A stretch of 64,000 nt of DNA from an uncultured Gammaproteobacteria bacterium (GCA_903928015.1 CAIYPF010000103.1:12602-76601), one strand, 5' to 3'. Shown: positions 52,445 through 62,852, numbered from the stretch's first letter. Notes: a model not told the origin generated them from the letters alone. Numbers and translations are program-made.

Positions 52445-52497
52445 GTCTCAGTCCGTGTTGTGAAGTCGGGGCGCGCATCATAACCGCCCACGGCGGC

Positions 52498-53112
52498 TCA
52501 GGCAGCCTTCACCGGATTGTTCCAGAACGCGGTGGGTACCAGAGCAGGGTCAACGGGGCAGAGGTTTTCCGCCGTGGTCGGTCCATTCGAATACGCGTGC
52601 TCGCCGCATCCCAGGCCGTCCTCATCGAAGATAAAAATGATGCAACTGCGCTTGCTGAGCTGATAAACCCTGCCGGGATCATCAACCGCGATGCCGAAGA
52701 TGGGCTCGACCAGTTCGCCCGGATACAACTGGTGGACGATGCCTTCCAGCATCAGTGTGTCCTGCCCCACGACCAGTTTCTCCACGTCCACATGGATCAG
52801 GTAGAGATTCATCGCGATCAGGCCGAGGTAGTGCTCCTCGAGCGCGGGGTAACTCTGCGGCAGACGCGCTGCATAGTCCCCGCCCGTGCCCCACGCGGTA
52901 TAGGACTGGCGCTTGCGAGAGCAGGAGGCCATGAGCGCTGTGTAATCGCCTGTGGCTTCGGCCCGGGCATGCTCGATGAAGTTGCAGAGAATCTGCCGTT
53001 GCCGAGCGTCGGTGAGTGTCGCGAGGTGGCGCTCGGCAACCCGCGAGACGTTGAGTGGGTCGAAGTCGCGCATGTCCAGCGCTGACTCGGGGAGGACGTG
53101 ACCGATGTGCAT
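52498..53112 (-). CDS. Hypothetical protein (204 aa), no confident family assignment; possibly NTF2/SnoaL-like
   Basis: ORF with coding-like codon bias. Start trimmed to ATG 53112, because the ORF-track extension to 53568 runs antisense through the glnS 5' end. Confidence 0.4.
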   Translation of the reverse strand: MHIGHVLPESALDMRDFDPLNVSRVAERHLATLTDARQRQILCNFIEHARAEATGDYTALMASCSRKRQSYTAWGTGGDYAARLPQSYPALEEHYLGLIAMNLYLIHVDVEKLVVGQDTLMLEGIVHQLYPGELVEPIFGIAVDDPGRVYQLSKRSCIIFIFDEDGLGCGEHAYSNGPTTAENLCPVDPALVPTAFWNNPVKAA

Positions 53113-53232
53113 GATGCTGCCTCTGTTCCGGTTGCGGCAGGGATAGGTAAGTGTGCCGGGATGGGCGCCTTCGAATACTGTGGAGCGCGACCGGAGGCTA
53201 TACTGCTGAATCTGCACTTCCAGCGCCAGACG

Positions 53233-54909
53233 ATGACCGAACCCGTCCGTTCTTCCAATTTCCTGCGTACCATCCTGCGTGAAGACCTCGAATCCGGGCG
53301 TGCCTCCGCGGTCGCCACCCGGTTTCCGCCGGAGCCCAATGGTTACCTCCACATCGGGCACGCCAAATCCATTTGCGTGAACTTCGGTCTGGCGCAGGAG
53401 TTCGGCGGCACCTGCAACCTGCGCTTCGACGATACCAATCCCGACACCGAGGACACCGAGTACGTCGACTCGATCATCCGTGACGTGCAATGGCTGGGGT
53501 TCGAGTGGAACGGCGAAGTGCGCTACGCCAGTGATTACTTTCCACGTCTCTATGAATGGGCAAGGCACCTTGTGGAGTCAGGGCTTGCCTATGTTTGCGA
53601 GCTCTCGCCAGAGGACACCCGCCTCTACCGCGGCACACTGACCGAGCCCGGTCGGGACAGCCCGTTCAGGGGCCGGCCTGCAGCCGAGAGCCTGGCATTG
53701 CTCGAAGAAATGCGCGCCGGGCGTGTGGAGGAGGGGAAGATGACCCTCCGCGCGAAGATCGACATGTCCTCGCCCAACCTGAACCTTCGCGATCCCGTTC
53801 TCTACCGCGTCAAACACGCGGTCCACCACCGCACCGGTGACACGTGGCACATCTATCCCTCCTACGACTTCGCCCACGGCCAGGAAGACGCCATCGAGGG
53901 GATAAGCCATTCCATTTGCACGCTCGAATTCGAAGACCATCGTCCGCTCTATGACTGGTTCATCGAGCATCTCCCCGTGCCGGCACGGCCGCGGCAGTAC
54001 GAGTTTGCCCGACTCAACCTGAGCTACACCGTCACCAGCAAGCGCAAGTTGAAGCAACTGGTCGAGGAGTCACATGTCGAGGGATGGGACGATCCCCGCA
54101 TGCCCACCGTGTCCGGGTTGCGCCGGCGCGGTCTCACCCCGGCTTCACTGCGGGATTTCGTCGAGCGCACAGGGGTCAGCCGATCCGAGAGCGTTGTCGA
54201 CCTCGGCGTGCTCGAGTTCTGCATCCGTGACGACCTCGACAAGAACGCCCCTCGCGCCATGTGTGTGTTGAGGCCGCTCAGGGTCGTGCTCCGCAATTTC
54301 GACGCTGGAGCGCAACAGACGCTGCGAGCACCCTGTCATCCCTCCCGCGAGGATCTGGGAACCCGCGAACTCCCCTTCGGCCGCGAGCTGTGGATCGATC
54401 GCGACGATTTCCGCGTCGAGCCCGAGAAGGATTTCAAGCGTCTGGTGCTGGGTCAGGAAGTGCGGCTTCGTAATGCCTACGTGATCCGCGCCGAGGAGGT
54501 CGTTCGGGACGCTGCCGGTGAAATTGTCGAGCTCGTCTGCAGCTACGATCCTGACACGCTGGGCAAGAACCCGGCCGACGGCCGCAAGGTCAAAGGCGTG
54601 ATCCACTGGGTGGCGGCAGCGGGTGCGGTGGATTGCGAGGTTCGGCTCTACGACAGGTTGTTCGTGGACGCATCGCCCGACGCTGCCGAGGGCGGTTTCC
54701 TCGCCAACCTCAATGCGCGAAGCCTCGAGATTCTCGCCGGGTGCAAGGCAGAAGCCAGTCTCTCCGGCGCAACGACCGGGCAGCGGTTCCAGTTCGAGCG
54801 CGAGGGTTATTTCTGCCTCGATCCCCGGCGTGGCGAGGGCGATGTGCCGGTGTTCAACCGCACCATCGGGCTGCGGGACACATGGGCCTCCGCGTCCAAG
54901 GGAGCTTAG
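53233..54909 (+). CDS. glnS: Glutamine--tRNA ligase
   Basis: Class-I HIGH motif ([14 protein letters not shown]) and the KMSKS-equivalent VTSKRKL. 558 aa. Start trimmed to ATG 53233. Confidence 0.95.
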   Translation: MTEPVRSSNFLRTILREDLESGRASAVATRFPPEPNGYLHIGHAKSICVNFGLAQEFGGTCNLRFDDTNPDTEDTEYVDSIIRDVQWLGFEWNGEVRYASDYFPRLYEWARHLVESGLAYVCELSPEDTRLYRGTLTEPGRDSPFRGRPAAESLALLEEMRAGRVEEGKMTLRAKIDMSSPNLNLRDPVLYRVKHAVHHRTGDTWHIYPSYDFAHGQEDAIEGISHSICTLEFEDHRPLYDWFIEHLPVPARPRQYEFARLNLSYTVTSKRKLKQLVEESHVEGWDDPRMPTVSGLRRRGLTPASLRDFVERTGVSRSESVVDLGVLEFCIRDDLDKNAPRAMCVLRPLRVVLRNFDAGAQQTLRAPCHPSREDLGTRELPFGRELWIDRDDFRVEPEKDFKRLVLGQEVRLRNAYVIRAEEVVRDAAGEIVELVCSYDPDTLGKNPADGRKVKGVIHWVAAAGAVDCEVRLYDRLFVDASPDAAEGGFLANLNARSLEILAGCKAEASLSGATTGQRFQFEREGYFCLDPRRGEGDVPVFNRTIGLRDTWASASKGA

Positions 54910-54910
54910 G

Positions 54911-56305
54911 GTGGGGCTGCGCATCTACAACACGCTTTCGCGTCGTGTCGAGGACTTCCATCCGCTGCAGCCGGGCCGCATAGGTCTTTACGTCTGCGGC
55001 ATCACGGTTTACGACTACTGCCACCTGGGCCATGCGCGCCTGCTCGTCGGATTCGACGTGATCGCGCGTTATCTTCGCGCTCGGGGCTGGTCGCTAGAGT
55101 ACGTCCGGAACGTCACCGACATCGACGACAAGATCCTGCGTCGCGCTGCCGAAAACGGCGAGACCTTCGAGGAACTGGCCCTGCGTTTCACCCGGGCCAT
55201 GCACGATGACGAGCGCGCGCTGGGGAACCTTCCGCCTGATCATGAGCCGCGTGCGACCGCGCATATCGCCGAAATCCTCGGCATCACCGCAGGACTGGTT
55301 GATCGCGGATTCGCGTATGCGGCCGCCAACGGTGACGTCTATTACCGTGTCAGCCGTTTCGAGGGCTACGGCAAGCTCTCTGGCCGCAAGCCCGACGAAC
55401 TGCTTGCCGGGGCGCGGGTCGAGATCGGCGAAGACAAGGAAGACCCGCGCGATTTCGTTCTCTGGAAAGCCGCCAAGCCGGGCGAGCCCAGCTGGCCGTC
55501 GCCCTGGGGTGCGGGTCGGCCAGGCTGGCATATCGAATGCTCGGCGATGTCGATGAAATGCCTCGGCGAGACCTTCGATATCCACGGCGGCGGGCCGGAT
55601 CTGGTGTTTCCCCATCACGAGAACGAGATTGCCCAGTCGGAGGCTGTCACGGGCTGTGAATTCGCGCGGCTCTGGATGCACGTCGGACCGCTTCGCATCG
55701 ATGGCGAGAAGATGTCCAAGTCGCTCGGGAATTTCTTCACGATCCGCGACGTGCTGGCGAAGTGGCGGCCAGAGGTCGTCCGCTACCTGCTGATCTCCAG
55801 CCATTACCGCAGCCCGATCAACTATGCCGAGGACAGCCTGCAGGGCGCGGAGTCCGCGCTCGAGCGTTTCTACGCGGCGATGCGCGATTTCGGTGACGTG
55901 CCCGCCGCAGATGCCGCGACGCTGGCCTCCAGCGCCCATTACCCGCGATTCGTAGCGGCTATGGACGAAGACTTCAACACGCCAGAGGCGCTTGCGGTGC
56001 TTTTCGATCTCGCCCGCGAGCTGAACGCGGCTGCGCGCAGCGACACGCAGCGTGCTCGTGGACTCGCTGCCGAGTTGAAGGGTTTCGGCGGGATATTCGG
56101 GATTCTCCAGGAGGATCCGTTGCTGTTCCGGCGTGGCGGAGGCAGTGGCAGTGACGACGCCGACATCGAGGCGCTTGTTGCCGAGCGTAGCAGCGCCAAG
56201 CGTGAGCGCGATTTCGCGCGCTCTGACGCGATTCGCGCGAGTTTGCTGGAGCGCGGTGTCGTGCTGGAAGACACCCGCGAAGGCACGGTCTGGCGCAGGT
56301 CCTGA
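54911..56305 (+). CDS. cysS: Cysteine--tRNA ligase
   Basis: [13 protein letters not shown]...[17 protein letters not shown] (HIGH region) and [10 protein letters not shown]. The GTG start at 54911 gives 464 aa (E. coli 461); the ORF-track start 54623 overlaps glnS. Confidence 0.93.
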   Translation: MGLRIYNTLSRRVEDFHPLQPGRIGLYVCGITVYDYCHLGHARLLVGFDVIARYLRARGWSLEYVRNVTDIDDKILRRAAENGETFEELALRFTRAMHDDERALGNLPPDHEPRATAHIAEILGITAGLVDRGFAYAAANGDVYYRVSRFEGYGKLSGRKPDELLAGARVEIGEDKEDPRDFVLWKAAKPGEPSWPSPWGAGRPGWHIECSAMSMKCLGETFDIHGGGPDLVFPHHENEIAQSEAVTGCEFARLWMHVGPLRIDGEKMSKSLGNFFTIRDVLAKWRPEVVRYLLISSHYRSPINYAEDSLQGAESALERFYAAMRDFGDVPAADAATLASSAHYPRFVAAMDEDFNTPEALAVLFDLARELNAAARSDTQRARGLAAELKGFGGIFGILQEDPLLFRRGGGSGSDDADIEALVAERSSAKRERDFARSDAIRASLLERGVVLEDTREGTVWRRS

Positions 56306-56338
56306 TCAGGGCTGCAAGGGGAGGGCGTGACGCTCCCC

Positions 56339-58660
56339 TCAGAGATTCACTACAGGTATGAGATTTCCTGCACGGGCACGGGTACGTGCAAGGCGCATCA
56401 GCCACATCCAGCACGCCATCAGAAGCGCTCCACAACCGAGAATCCAGCCCGAGGCCTGGGCTGGCGAGCTTGCGAGTTGCCCGGACTGATACACGAACAC
56501 CGCCAGTGACCAGGCGATGACCGTGTTCCAGGTAGCAGAGAAAAATGCCCAGAAACCGCCCTGTTCCTTGTAAATCGCGCCCAACGTTGCCACGCAGGGC
56601 ATGTAGAGCAGAACGAAAAGCATGTAGGCAAAGGCGCCTAGCTGGCCATCAAAGAGCCGGCCGATCTGTCCGAGAGTGCCGAGGTGGATTTGCTGTGCTT
56701 CGGCTGCGGCCGCTTTGTTGCTTATATCGCCCATGTCGAGGCCAAGCGGGTCGGCAAGCCGGCTTCCTATGCCCGCGAGATTGCGCGGCACCGACGCCAA
56801 TGCCTCATCAAGAAGTCCGCCTACGGTGGGCGCCGTCCTGGTTCCGGAGGGTTCATCTCCCATGTTCGAGTACAGCGCGTCCAGGGTGCCGACGACGACC
56901 TCCTTCGCAAAGATGCCACTGAAAATGCCAACGGTCGCCGGCCAGTTCTCCTCCTTGAGCCCGAGCGGCGAAAAGACCGGCGTGATGCTCTTGCCGATGG
57001 CTGAGAGCATGGAATTCCCAGAGTTCTGGTTGCCGAAACTGCCGTCCACACCCAGCGAATTCACCACGTTCAGCACGATCACGACCCCGACGATTGCCTT
57101 GCCTGCACGCAGCACGAAACCGTTCAGGCGGTGCCAGGTGTGGGTGAACAGTCCGCGCATCGTCGGCAGGTGGTAGGGCGGCAATTCCATGACAAAGCTC
57201 GATAGTTCGCGCCGAAGCAGGGCTCTGCGGACCATCCAACCCGTGACAACAGCCAGAAGAACGCCGATCAGGTAGAGGGCGAATACCATGTTCTGTCCGT
57301 TGCGCGGAAACAGTGCTGCTGCGAAGAGCGCGTAGACCGTGAGCCGAGCGCCGCATGACATGAACGGCGCCATGAGCGTCGTCAGCAGGCGGTCCTGTTG
57401 CGCATCGAGTCCGCGGGTCGACATGACCGCAGGCACGTTGCAGCCGAAACCGACGATAAGCGGTACGAAACTCTTGCCCGGAAGACCCATCGCACGCATG
57501 AGTCGATCGAGGATGAACGCAGCCCGTGCCATGTAGCCTGAATCCTCGAGGAAGCTCTGGAACAGGAACAGGCTGGCGATCACCGGTACGAAACTGCCCA
57601 CCAGTTGAACACCGCCGCCGACGCCATCGGCGACTCCGGCGACCAACCATGCCGGGAGTCCTGCCGACTGCATCAGGCCGCGCGGAAGTTCCACGAAGAG
57701 GGCTGCACCGGCGAGGTCGAAGAAGTCCGTGAAGGCACCGCCCACATTTATCGTGAAGGTGAACATCAGGTACATCACGCCAAGGAACAGCGGGAACGCT
57801 GCCCAGCGATCGAGCAGTACCGCGTCCATCAGTGCGGTGTAATCCCGTTTGGGTGGGGTACGGTGCTCGACCGCTCCCTGCAGAAGTGTGGCGATGGCGC
57901 GGTATCGTTCTTCGATGAGCGCGTCGCCGGCACGGCGGCCGATCTGCCTTTCCAGCGCTTCTACCATGCCCGAGACACGCGCGGCAGCTTGCTCATCCAG
58001 GCGCTGCATTACCGCGGCATCCCGCTCGAGAACGGCCGCGGCTACGAGCCTGCTGTTCCCGCCCTGCAAGCCGGATGGGAGTGCGCTCTGGAGCTCCAGC
58101 AAGGCGTGTTCGAATGCCAGCCCGAGCGGAACGCGGGCAGGCGGAGACTTTGCGCCAAGCTGGCTGTCGATGGCATCAAGCAGGGATTCGAGCCCCTCAC
58201 CCCGGCTGGCGACGATAGGGATCACGGGGCACCCGAGACGCTCCGCGAGTCGTCCCGCGTCGATATGCAGACCCTGATCGTTGGCCACGTCGAGCATGTT
58301 CAGCGCGATGACCATCGGCAGCCCGGCATCCAGCAATTGGCTGCCGAGATACAGTCCGCGTTCCAGCGAACTCGCGTCGATGATGTTCAGGATGAGGTCG
58401 GGCTCGCCCGAGAGCACGAAGGATTGTGCGATTTGCTGGTCCAGGGAGTCCGCTTCGTGGGAAACGTGAAGCGAAAACGTGCCGGGCAGATCGACGAGGC
58501 TGTGTCGCACGCCGGCGTGCTGGAAGGTCCCGGTCTTGCGCTCGACCGTGACACCGGGCCAGTTGCCGACCCGCTGCTGCGCGCCCGTCAGGCGGTTGAA
58601 CAGCGTGGTCTTGCCGCAGTTGGGGTTGCCGACCAGGGCGATCGTGGCGGGGCTGTTCAC
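56339..58660 (-). CDS. feoB: Ferrous iron transporter FeoB
   Basis: N-terminal G-domain (IALVGNPNCGKTTLFNRLTG, DLPGTFS) followed by a polytopic membrane domain. 773 aa. Confidence 0.95.
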   Translation of the reverse strand: MNSPATIALVGNPNCGKTTLFNRLTGAQQRVGNWPGVTVERKTGTFQHAGVRHSLVDLPGTFSLHVSHEADSLDQQIAQSFVLSGEPDLILNIIDASSLERGLYLGSQLLDAGLPMVIALNMLDVANDQGLHIDAGRLAERLGCPVIPIVASRGEGLESLLDAIDSQLGAKSPPARVPLGLAFEHALLELQSALPSGLQGGNSRLVAAAVLERDAAVMQRLDEQAAARVSGMVEALERQIGRRAGDALIEERYRAIATLLQGAVEHRTPPKRDYTALMDAVLLDRWAAFPLFLGVMYLMFTFTINVGGAFTDFFDLAGAALFVELPRGLMQSAGLPAWLVAGVADGVGGGVQLVGSFVPVIASLFLFQSFLEDSGYMARAAFILDRLMRAMGLPGKSFVPLIVGFGCNVPAVMSTRGLDAQQDRLLTTLMAPFMSCGARLTVYALFAAALFPRNGQNMVFALYLIGVLLAVVTGWMVRRALLRRELSSFVMELPPYHLPTMRGLFTHTWHRLNGFVLRAGKAIVGVVIVLNVVNSLGVDGSFGNQNSGNSMLSAIGKSITPVFSPLGLKEENWPATVGIFSGIFAKEVVVGTLDALYSNMGDEPSGTRTAPTVGGLLDEALASVPRNLAGIGSRLADPLGLDMGDISNKAAAAEAQQIHLGTLGQIGRLFDGQLGAFAYMLFVLLYMPCVATLGAIYKEQGGFWAFFSATWNTVIAWSLAVFVYQSGQLASSPAQASGWILGCGALLMACWMWLMRLARTRARAGNLIPVVNL

Positions 58661-58902
58661 AGCAGCTTGACCCGCAGGGCGGAAGCCTCGTCCCGGCGCA
58701 GGCTCATCCGGAAACCGCGCAGCCGTATCTCGATCGGATCGCCGAGAGGGGCAGGCCTTTCCACAAGGAATGCGGTGCCGGGTGTCAGTCCCATGCTCAG
58801 TAGCCGGTTCCGGTAGTGCTCTGCCATACCGCCGAAACCAACGACCTCCGCACGGTCGCCGCGGTGCAGGTCTGCGAAGCTGATGGTCGGGTCGCTGCTC
58901 AT
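58657..58902 (-). CDS. feoA: Ferrous iron transport protein FeoA
   Basis: Small SH3-like FeoA (RNRLLSMGLTPGTAFLVERPAPLGDPIEIRLRG). Overlaps the feoB start by 4 nt. Start trimmed to ATG 58902, because the longer ORF would run through the Fur box. Confidence 0.85.
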   Translation of the reverse strand: MSSDPTISFADLHRGDRAEVVGFGGMAEHYRNRLLSMGLTPGTAFLVERPAPLGDPIEIRLRGFRMSLRRDEASALRVKLL

Positions 58903-58917
58903 GGATGAATCATAGGA

Positions 58918-58936
58918 GCTAATGAGAATTATTAGC
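58918..58936. promoter_or_regulatory. Candidate Fur box in the feoAB promoter
   Basis: GCTAATGAGAATTATTAGC matches the 19-bp Fur consensus GATAATGATAATCATTATC at 15 of 19 positions, with palindromic ends GCTAAT/ATTAGC. It lies 16 nt upstream of the feoA ATG in a locally AT-rich patch. Confidence 0.6.
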
Positions 58937-59118
58937 AACAAGATGAGGGGCTGGCGTTCATGCCTTGTCCGAACCCGAAACCGGGTCGCCGTGGCGTGCT
59001 AACCTCCGGCCGCCAAATCCCTCCGGGCCAGTCTTGCATGTCTCCGACGAATGCTTCGTTGATTCACATTCCGCTTTGCCCCGAATTGCTCGCCGCACTC
59101 CCTACCTGAGATGTCCGT

Positions 59119-60213
59119 GTGAGCGCTACAGCTACAACTGAACTCGCCTCGCTTCTGCTTGCGGGAACACCGTTCATCGATGTTCGCGCCGGGATCGAGT
59201 TTGCGAAGGGAAGCATTCCCGGAGCGGTCAACCTTCCTATTCTCGATACCGACGAACGTGAGCGCGTCGGGACCTGCTACAAGCGACTCGGGCAAGAGGC
59301 GGCAATAGAACTCGGACACACCCTTGTGAACGGTCCGGTGAAGGCCGCCCGGGTAGATGCATGGTGCACCTTCGCCACTCGGCATCCGCAAGCCTGGGTC
59401 TATTGCTGGCGCGGCGGCCTTCGGTCCCGTACTGCCGCGCAGTGGATGGCGGAGGCGGGTTGCATCCGGCCGGTGGTGCCGGGTGGCTACAAGGCGCTAC
59501 GGCAGAGACTGATCGACGAGTTGGCGCAACCCGCGCATACCGAGGCCTGGTTCGTCATCGGCGGACGAACCGGTAGTGCCAAAACGGCGCTGGTGAATGC
59601 GCTTCCCGGTGGCATTGATCTCGAAGGGTTCGCACGTCATCGGGGTTCGAGTTTCGGGCGTCGGGCAGGCCCATCACCCGCGCAGGTGGATTTCGAAAAC
59701 GCGCTTGCCCTCGCGATGTTGCGGCGGAGGCACGCTGCGCCCGGCCGCTGTCTTTTTCTCGAGGACGAGAGTCGGCAGATCGGTGCGCTGTCGGTGCCGC
59801 TGGAGGTCTATCGACGTATGCACGAGACACCGGTAGCGGTGGTCGAAGTCCCCCTCGAGCAGCGCGTGTCGAAGATCCTGGACGACTACATCCGGGTGGA
59901 TCTTGAGGAGCATGTGGGGATCGATCCGGAGGGTGGTTTCCGGAACTTCTCGGTTCAGCTTGAGGAGAGTCTGGCGAGGATCCGCAAGCGTCTCGGTGCA
60001 GAGAGATTTCTTCTCGCCAGCAGCCTTCTGCAGGCCGCGCTCACCGCTCATGGTTCACACGGTGACACGAGTGGACATCGCGCCTGGATCGAGCTCCTGC
60101 TGAAGGAGTACTACGATCCCATGTACGACTACCAGCTCTCGAAGTCTGCCAGTCGCGTGGTTTTCAGGGGTGATACGGCTGCGGTACGCGAGTGGGCGCT
60201 CAGCCAGTACTGA
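59119..60213 (+). CDS. selU: tRNA 2-selenouridine synthase
   Basis: Closely parallels E. coli SelU/YbbB: rhodanese region IDVRAGIEFAKGSIPGAVNLP, ERERVGTCYK, active-site CWRGGLRS, GGYKALRQ and P-loop GGRTGSAKT. GTG start. Confidence 0.9.
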   Translation: MSATATTELASLLLAGTPFIDVRAGIEFAKGSIPGAVNLPILDTDERERVGTCYKRLGQEAAIELGHTLVNGPVKAARVDAWCTFATRHPQAWVYCWRGGLRSRTAAQWMAEAGCIRPVVPGGYKALRQRLIDELAQPAHTEAWFVIGGRTGSAKTALVNALPGGIDLEGFARHRGSSFGRRAGPSPAQVDFENALALAMLRRRHAAPGRCLFLEDESRQIGALSVPLEVYRRMHETPVAVVEVPLEQRVSKILDDYIRVDLEEHVGIDPEGGFRNFSVQLEESLARIRKRLGAERFLLASSLLQAALTAHGSHGDTSGHRAWIELLLKEYYDPMYDYQLSKSASRVVFRGDTAAVREWALSQY

Positions 60214-62404
60214 CTTTTCCCGGTGGGAGTCCACCGTCCGCGAACCCGATGACAGCTGCCGCATAACCGGCGTTTCGCAGTTCCTCGACGCACTCTTGCG
60301 CGCGAGCCTCCGGTAACGCGGCGAGGAGCCCGCCAGCTGTCTGCGGATCCACGAGCAATGCCTGCGTCACCTGGTCCAGCCGATCCAGGCTTTCCATGCT
60401 CGACAGTGCAGAAGCGTTGCCGGCGTGCAGTGAACTTCTGTAGCCCGCGAGCAGGCATTCCCGGGCCCCTGGCAGCGCGGGAATGGCGCTCATATCGAGG
60501 CGAGCGCCGAGGCCCGAGGCCCGTAGCATCTCCCCGAGATGGCCCAGCAGTCCGAAGCCCGTGACGTCTGTGCAGGCGCTGACGCCGTGATGGCGGAGAA
60601 TCCTGACCGCAGTGCCGTGGCCTTGCTGCATTGCAGACAAGGCGTCCTCGATCCAGTTGCCTGCGGCCGCCCCTGCCATATTCGCTGCGAAGAGAACACC
60701 TGTGCCCAGCGCCTTGGTGAGCACGAGCGCATGTCCCGGCACGATGCCTGACTTGAGCAGAAGGGCCTCGGGGAGCACGAAGCCGTTCACGCTGAGTCCG
60801 AATCCGAGTTCGGCGCCCTCGCTGCTGTGACCACCTGCCAGCGTCAGCGACTCGGCCTCCAAGGCGCTGCGCGCACCGAGCATCAGTTGCGTCAGGGTCT
60901 CGCGCACGACGCGTGGCGCTCCATGGGGAACGGTTGCGATGGCGAGCGCTGAATGCGGCGTGGCGCCCATGGCATGGAGGTCGCCGAGCGCGTGCACGGT
61001 GGCTATCCGACCGAGGAGCCACGGGTCATCGATGAACGCCCTGAAGTAATCGACGCTTTGCACCAGCAATTGCCCCGGCGGGGGTGCGATGACCGCGGCG
61101 TCCTCTGCGCTGGCGATGCCGTGATGTACGGACTCGCGACTGCCCGGTGCGATCGCACGGAGAACGCTGGCCAGCGTGTCTGCGTCTACCTTGGCGGCGC
61201 AACCACCGCAGCGCATGCCTTCGTCCGCAGCCAGCACTGCGGCCGGCAGGGCGGTGGGCTGGTACATGGCCATGAATGTGCGGTCTATCCGGTTCTTCCA
61301 GTTCCACACCCACTTCCCGGAGGCATGAAAGGCGCCTCGGGATGCAACGGCGTAGCGGTCTCCGGTGGCGAGCAGCGAGAGGAATTGCCGCTGGGGGCGA
61401 TGGGGGCGCAATGAGTTGCCCTCAAGGGCGCGAACGAGGTTGCGCGCGAGAGAGTCCCCTTCGCGAACTGCGTGAACACCGCTCTTCGGGACAGGTTCCG
61501 GCAGCGACGCGATGTCGCCGGCCGCGAACACGCGCGCGTGCGAGATCGACCGCAACGTCTGCTCTACGCGCACGAACCCGGCGGCATCGCAGGCAAGCCC
61601 TGCTTCGCGAGGCCACACTGGAGCGCCGGCATGCACGGCCCATACAGGGAAGTCGCATTCGATGTGCCTGCCGCTTTCAAGCTCCAGATGCGTTGCAGTG
61701 GCGCCCGCTACCCGTGAGGAAAAATGCGTTTCTATGCCGCTCTCGAAAAGTTTTGCCGCGATGGTGCGCCGGACATGGTCGCCGTGTCCCTCGAGCAACT
61801 GCTGACCCGCAGTGGCCAATGCGATGCTCACATCAGGAGCCCGCGGTCTTGCCTGCCGCAAACGCCAGGCGATTGCGAGCGCCATCTCCACTGCTGCCGC
61901 GCCGCCGCCGACAACCACTATCCGGTGTGGACCCGCTCGGCTGTGGATGTGCCTTTCATGTTCTTCCCACTGCGACAAGAACCGGTCGATCGGTTTGACG
62001 GCGCACCCGTGCTCGCGTGCTCCCGGTATCGCGTCCAGTGCAGGGCTCGATCCCGTGTTCAGCGACAGCAGATCCCAGGCCAGGCTGCCACGCCCGGAGA
62101 CGTCCACCGTCTGTGCAGTGATATCCAGACCTTCGAGAGTTCCATGGATCAGCCGAACGCCGTTGGCTGTACAGAGGCGCCGCAGGTCGATGTGGCACTC
62201 GTCATGTGTGTAGTGGCCGGCAACCAGACCGGGCAGCATCCCGGAGTAGGGCGTGTGCACATCCCGGCTGAGTAGCGTGACGCGAACACCGGATACCGGC
62301 TTCATGCCGAAGTGTCTGATGACGGCGACGTGCGCATGGCCGCCACCCACCAGCAGCAGTTCGCGCTGGATCGCAAGGTTTCGGTGGGTGGAGGCAGTTT
62401 TCAC
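60200..62404 (-). CDS. selD: Fusion protein: N-terminal FAD/NAD(P)-dependent pyridine nucleotide-disulfide oxidoreductase + C-terminal selenide,water dikinase (SelD, Cys form)
   Basis: N-terminal LLLVGGGHAHV and IVVVGGGAAAVE dinucleotide-binding motifs. C-terminal half colinear with E. coli SelD (RCGGCAAK vs GCGCK; DDPWLLGRIATVHALGDLHAMG; TDVTGFGLLGHL; DPQTAGGLL). Single uninterrupted 734-aa frame. Confidence 0.85.
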   Translation of the reverse strand: MKTASTHRNLAIQRELLLVGGGHAHVAVIRHFGMKPVSGVRVTLLSRDVHTPYSGMLPGLVAGHYTHDECHIDLRRLCTANGVRLIHGTLEGLDITAQTVDVSGRGSLAWDLLSLNTGSSPALDAIPGAREHGCAVKPIDRFLSQWEEHERHIHSRAGPHRIVVVGGGAAAVEMALAIAWRLRQARPRAPDVSIALATAGQQLLEGHGDHVRRTIAAKLFESGIETHFSSRVAGATATHLELESGRHIECDFPVWAVHAGAPVWPREAGLACDAAGFVRVEQTLRSISHARVFAAGDIASLPEPVPKSGVHAVREGDSLARNLVRALEGNSLRPHRPQRQFLSLLATGDRYAVASRGAFHASGKWVWNWKNRIDRTFMAMYQPTALPAAVLAADEGMRCGGCAAKVDADTLASVLRAIAPGSRESVHHGIASAEDAAVIAPPPGQLLVQSVDYFRAFIDDPWLLGRIATVHALGDLHAMGATPHSALAIATVPHGAPRVVRETLTQLMLGARSALEAESLTLAGGHSSEGAELGFGLSVNGFVLPEALLLKSGIVPGHALVLTKALGTGVLFAANMAGAAAGNWIEDALSAMQQGHGTAVRILRHHGVSACTDVTGFGLLGHLGEMLRASGLGARLDMSAIPALPGARECLLAGYRSSLHAGNASALSSMESLDRLDQVTQALLVDPQTAGGLLAALPEARAQECVEELRNAGYAAAVIGFADGGLPPGKVSTG

Positions 62405-62423
62405 GTGGCGGTCACCGGAACAC

Positions 62424-62852
62424 TCAGGCGTCCGACCCCGCGAGGGTCATGCTGCGCAGCATGTCGCGCAGATGCGCCCGCTCCGCTTGCCCGAGCGGGG
62501 ATACCAGCGCGTCGTTCACGCGTATCGCAGCGCTTTCAAGGACGGGCTGCAGTTCCAGCCCGGTGGGTGTGAGGTAGACCCGCGTTACGCGGCGGTCACA
62601 GTTGCAGGCAGCGCGGCGCACGTAGCCATCGGCTTCCAGTCGCGCAAGCGCACGTGTGGCGGCAGCCTTGTCGGCCGAAACCGCGTCCGCAAGCGCTTGT
62701 TGCGAGCGCCCATCCTCGAAATACAGGGCGAAGAGGTAGAGATAACGGCCTGGCCCCAAACCCAGCGGGGCGAGCTCCCGCTCCAGCATCCGCAGGGTTC
62801 TGCGCCGGAGGATGGAGATGTAGCGCGCTTCGCTATCGGCGAGTTCAATCAT
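62424..62852 (-). CDS. MarR-family transcriptional regulator
   Basis: Winged-helix region (RYLYLFALYFEDGRSQQALADAVSADKAAATRALARLEADGYVRR...DRRVTRVYLTPTG). The ATG at 62852 overlaps the stop of the upstream MFS gene. Confidence 0.85.
   Translation of the reverse strand: MIELADSEARYISILRRRTLRMLERELAPLGLGPGRYLYLFALYFEDGRSQQALADAVSADKAAATRALARLEADGYVRRAACNCDRRVTRVYLTPTGLELQPVLESAAIRVNDALVSPLGQAERAHLRDMLRSMTLAGSDA

Noticed and set aside
56318-56338. Hairpin GGGGAG-N9-CTCCCC between the convergent cysS and feoB as an intrinsic terminator
   Set aside because: The stem is only 6 bp and no T/U tract follows on either strand. It may still contribute to termination, but the evidence is too weak to annotate. 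The same applies to the GGCCCCGCGGGGCC palindrome at 51893-51906 between the GST gene and ppiB.
60200-62404. Selenocysteine (UGA) recoding or a SECIS element in selD
   Set aside because: The frame is uninterrupted and the active-site position carries Cys (RCGGCAAK). There is no in-frame TGA and no selA/selB/selC nearby.
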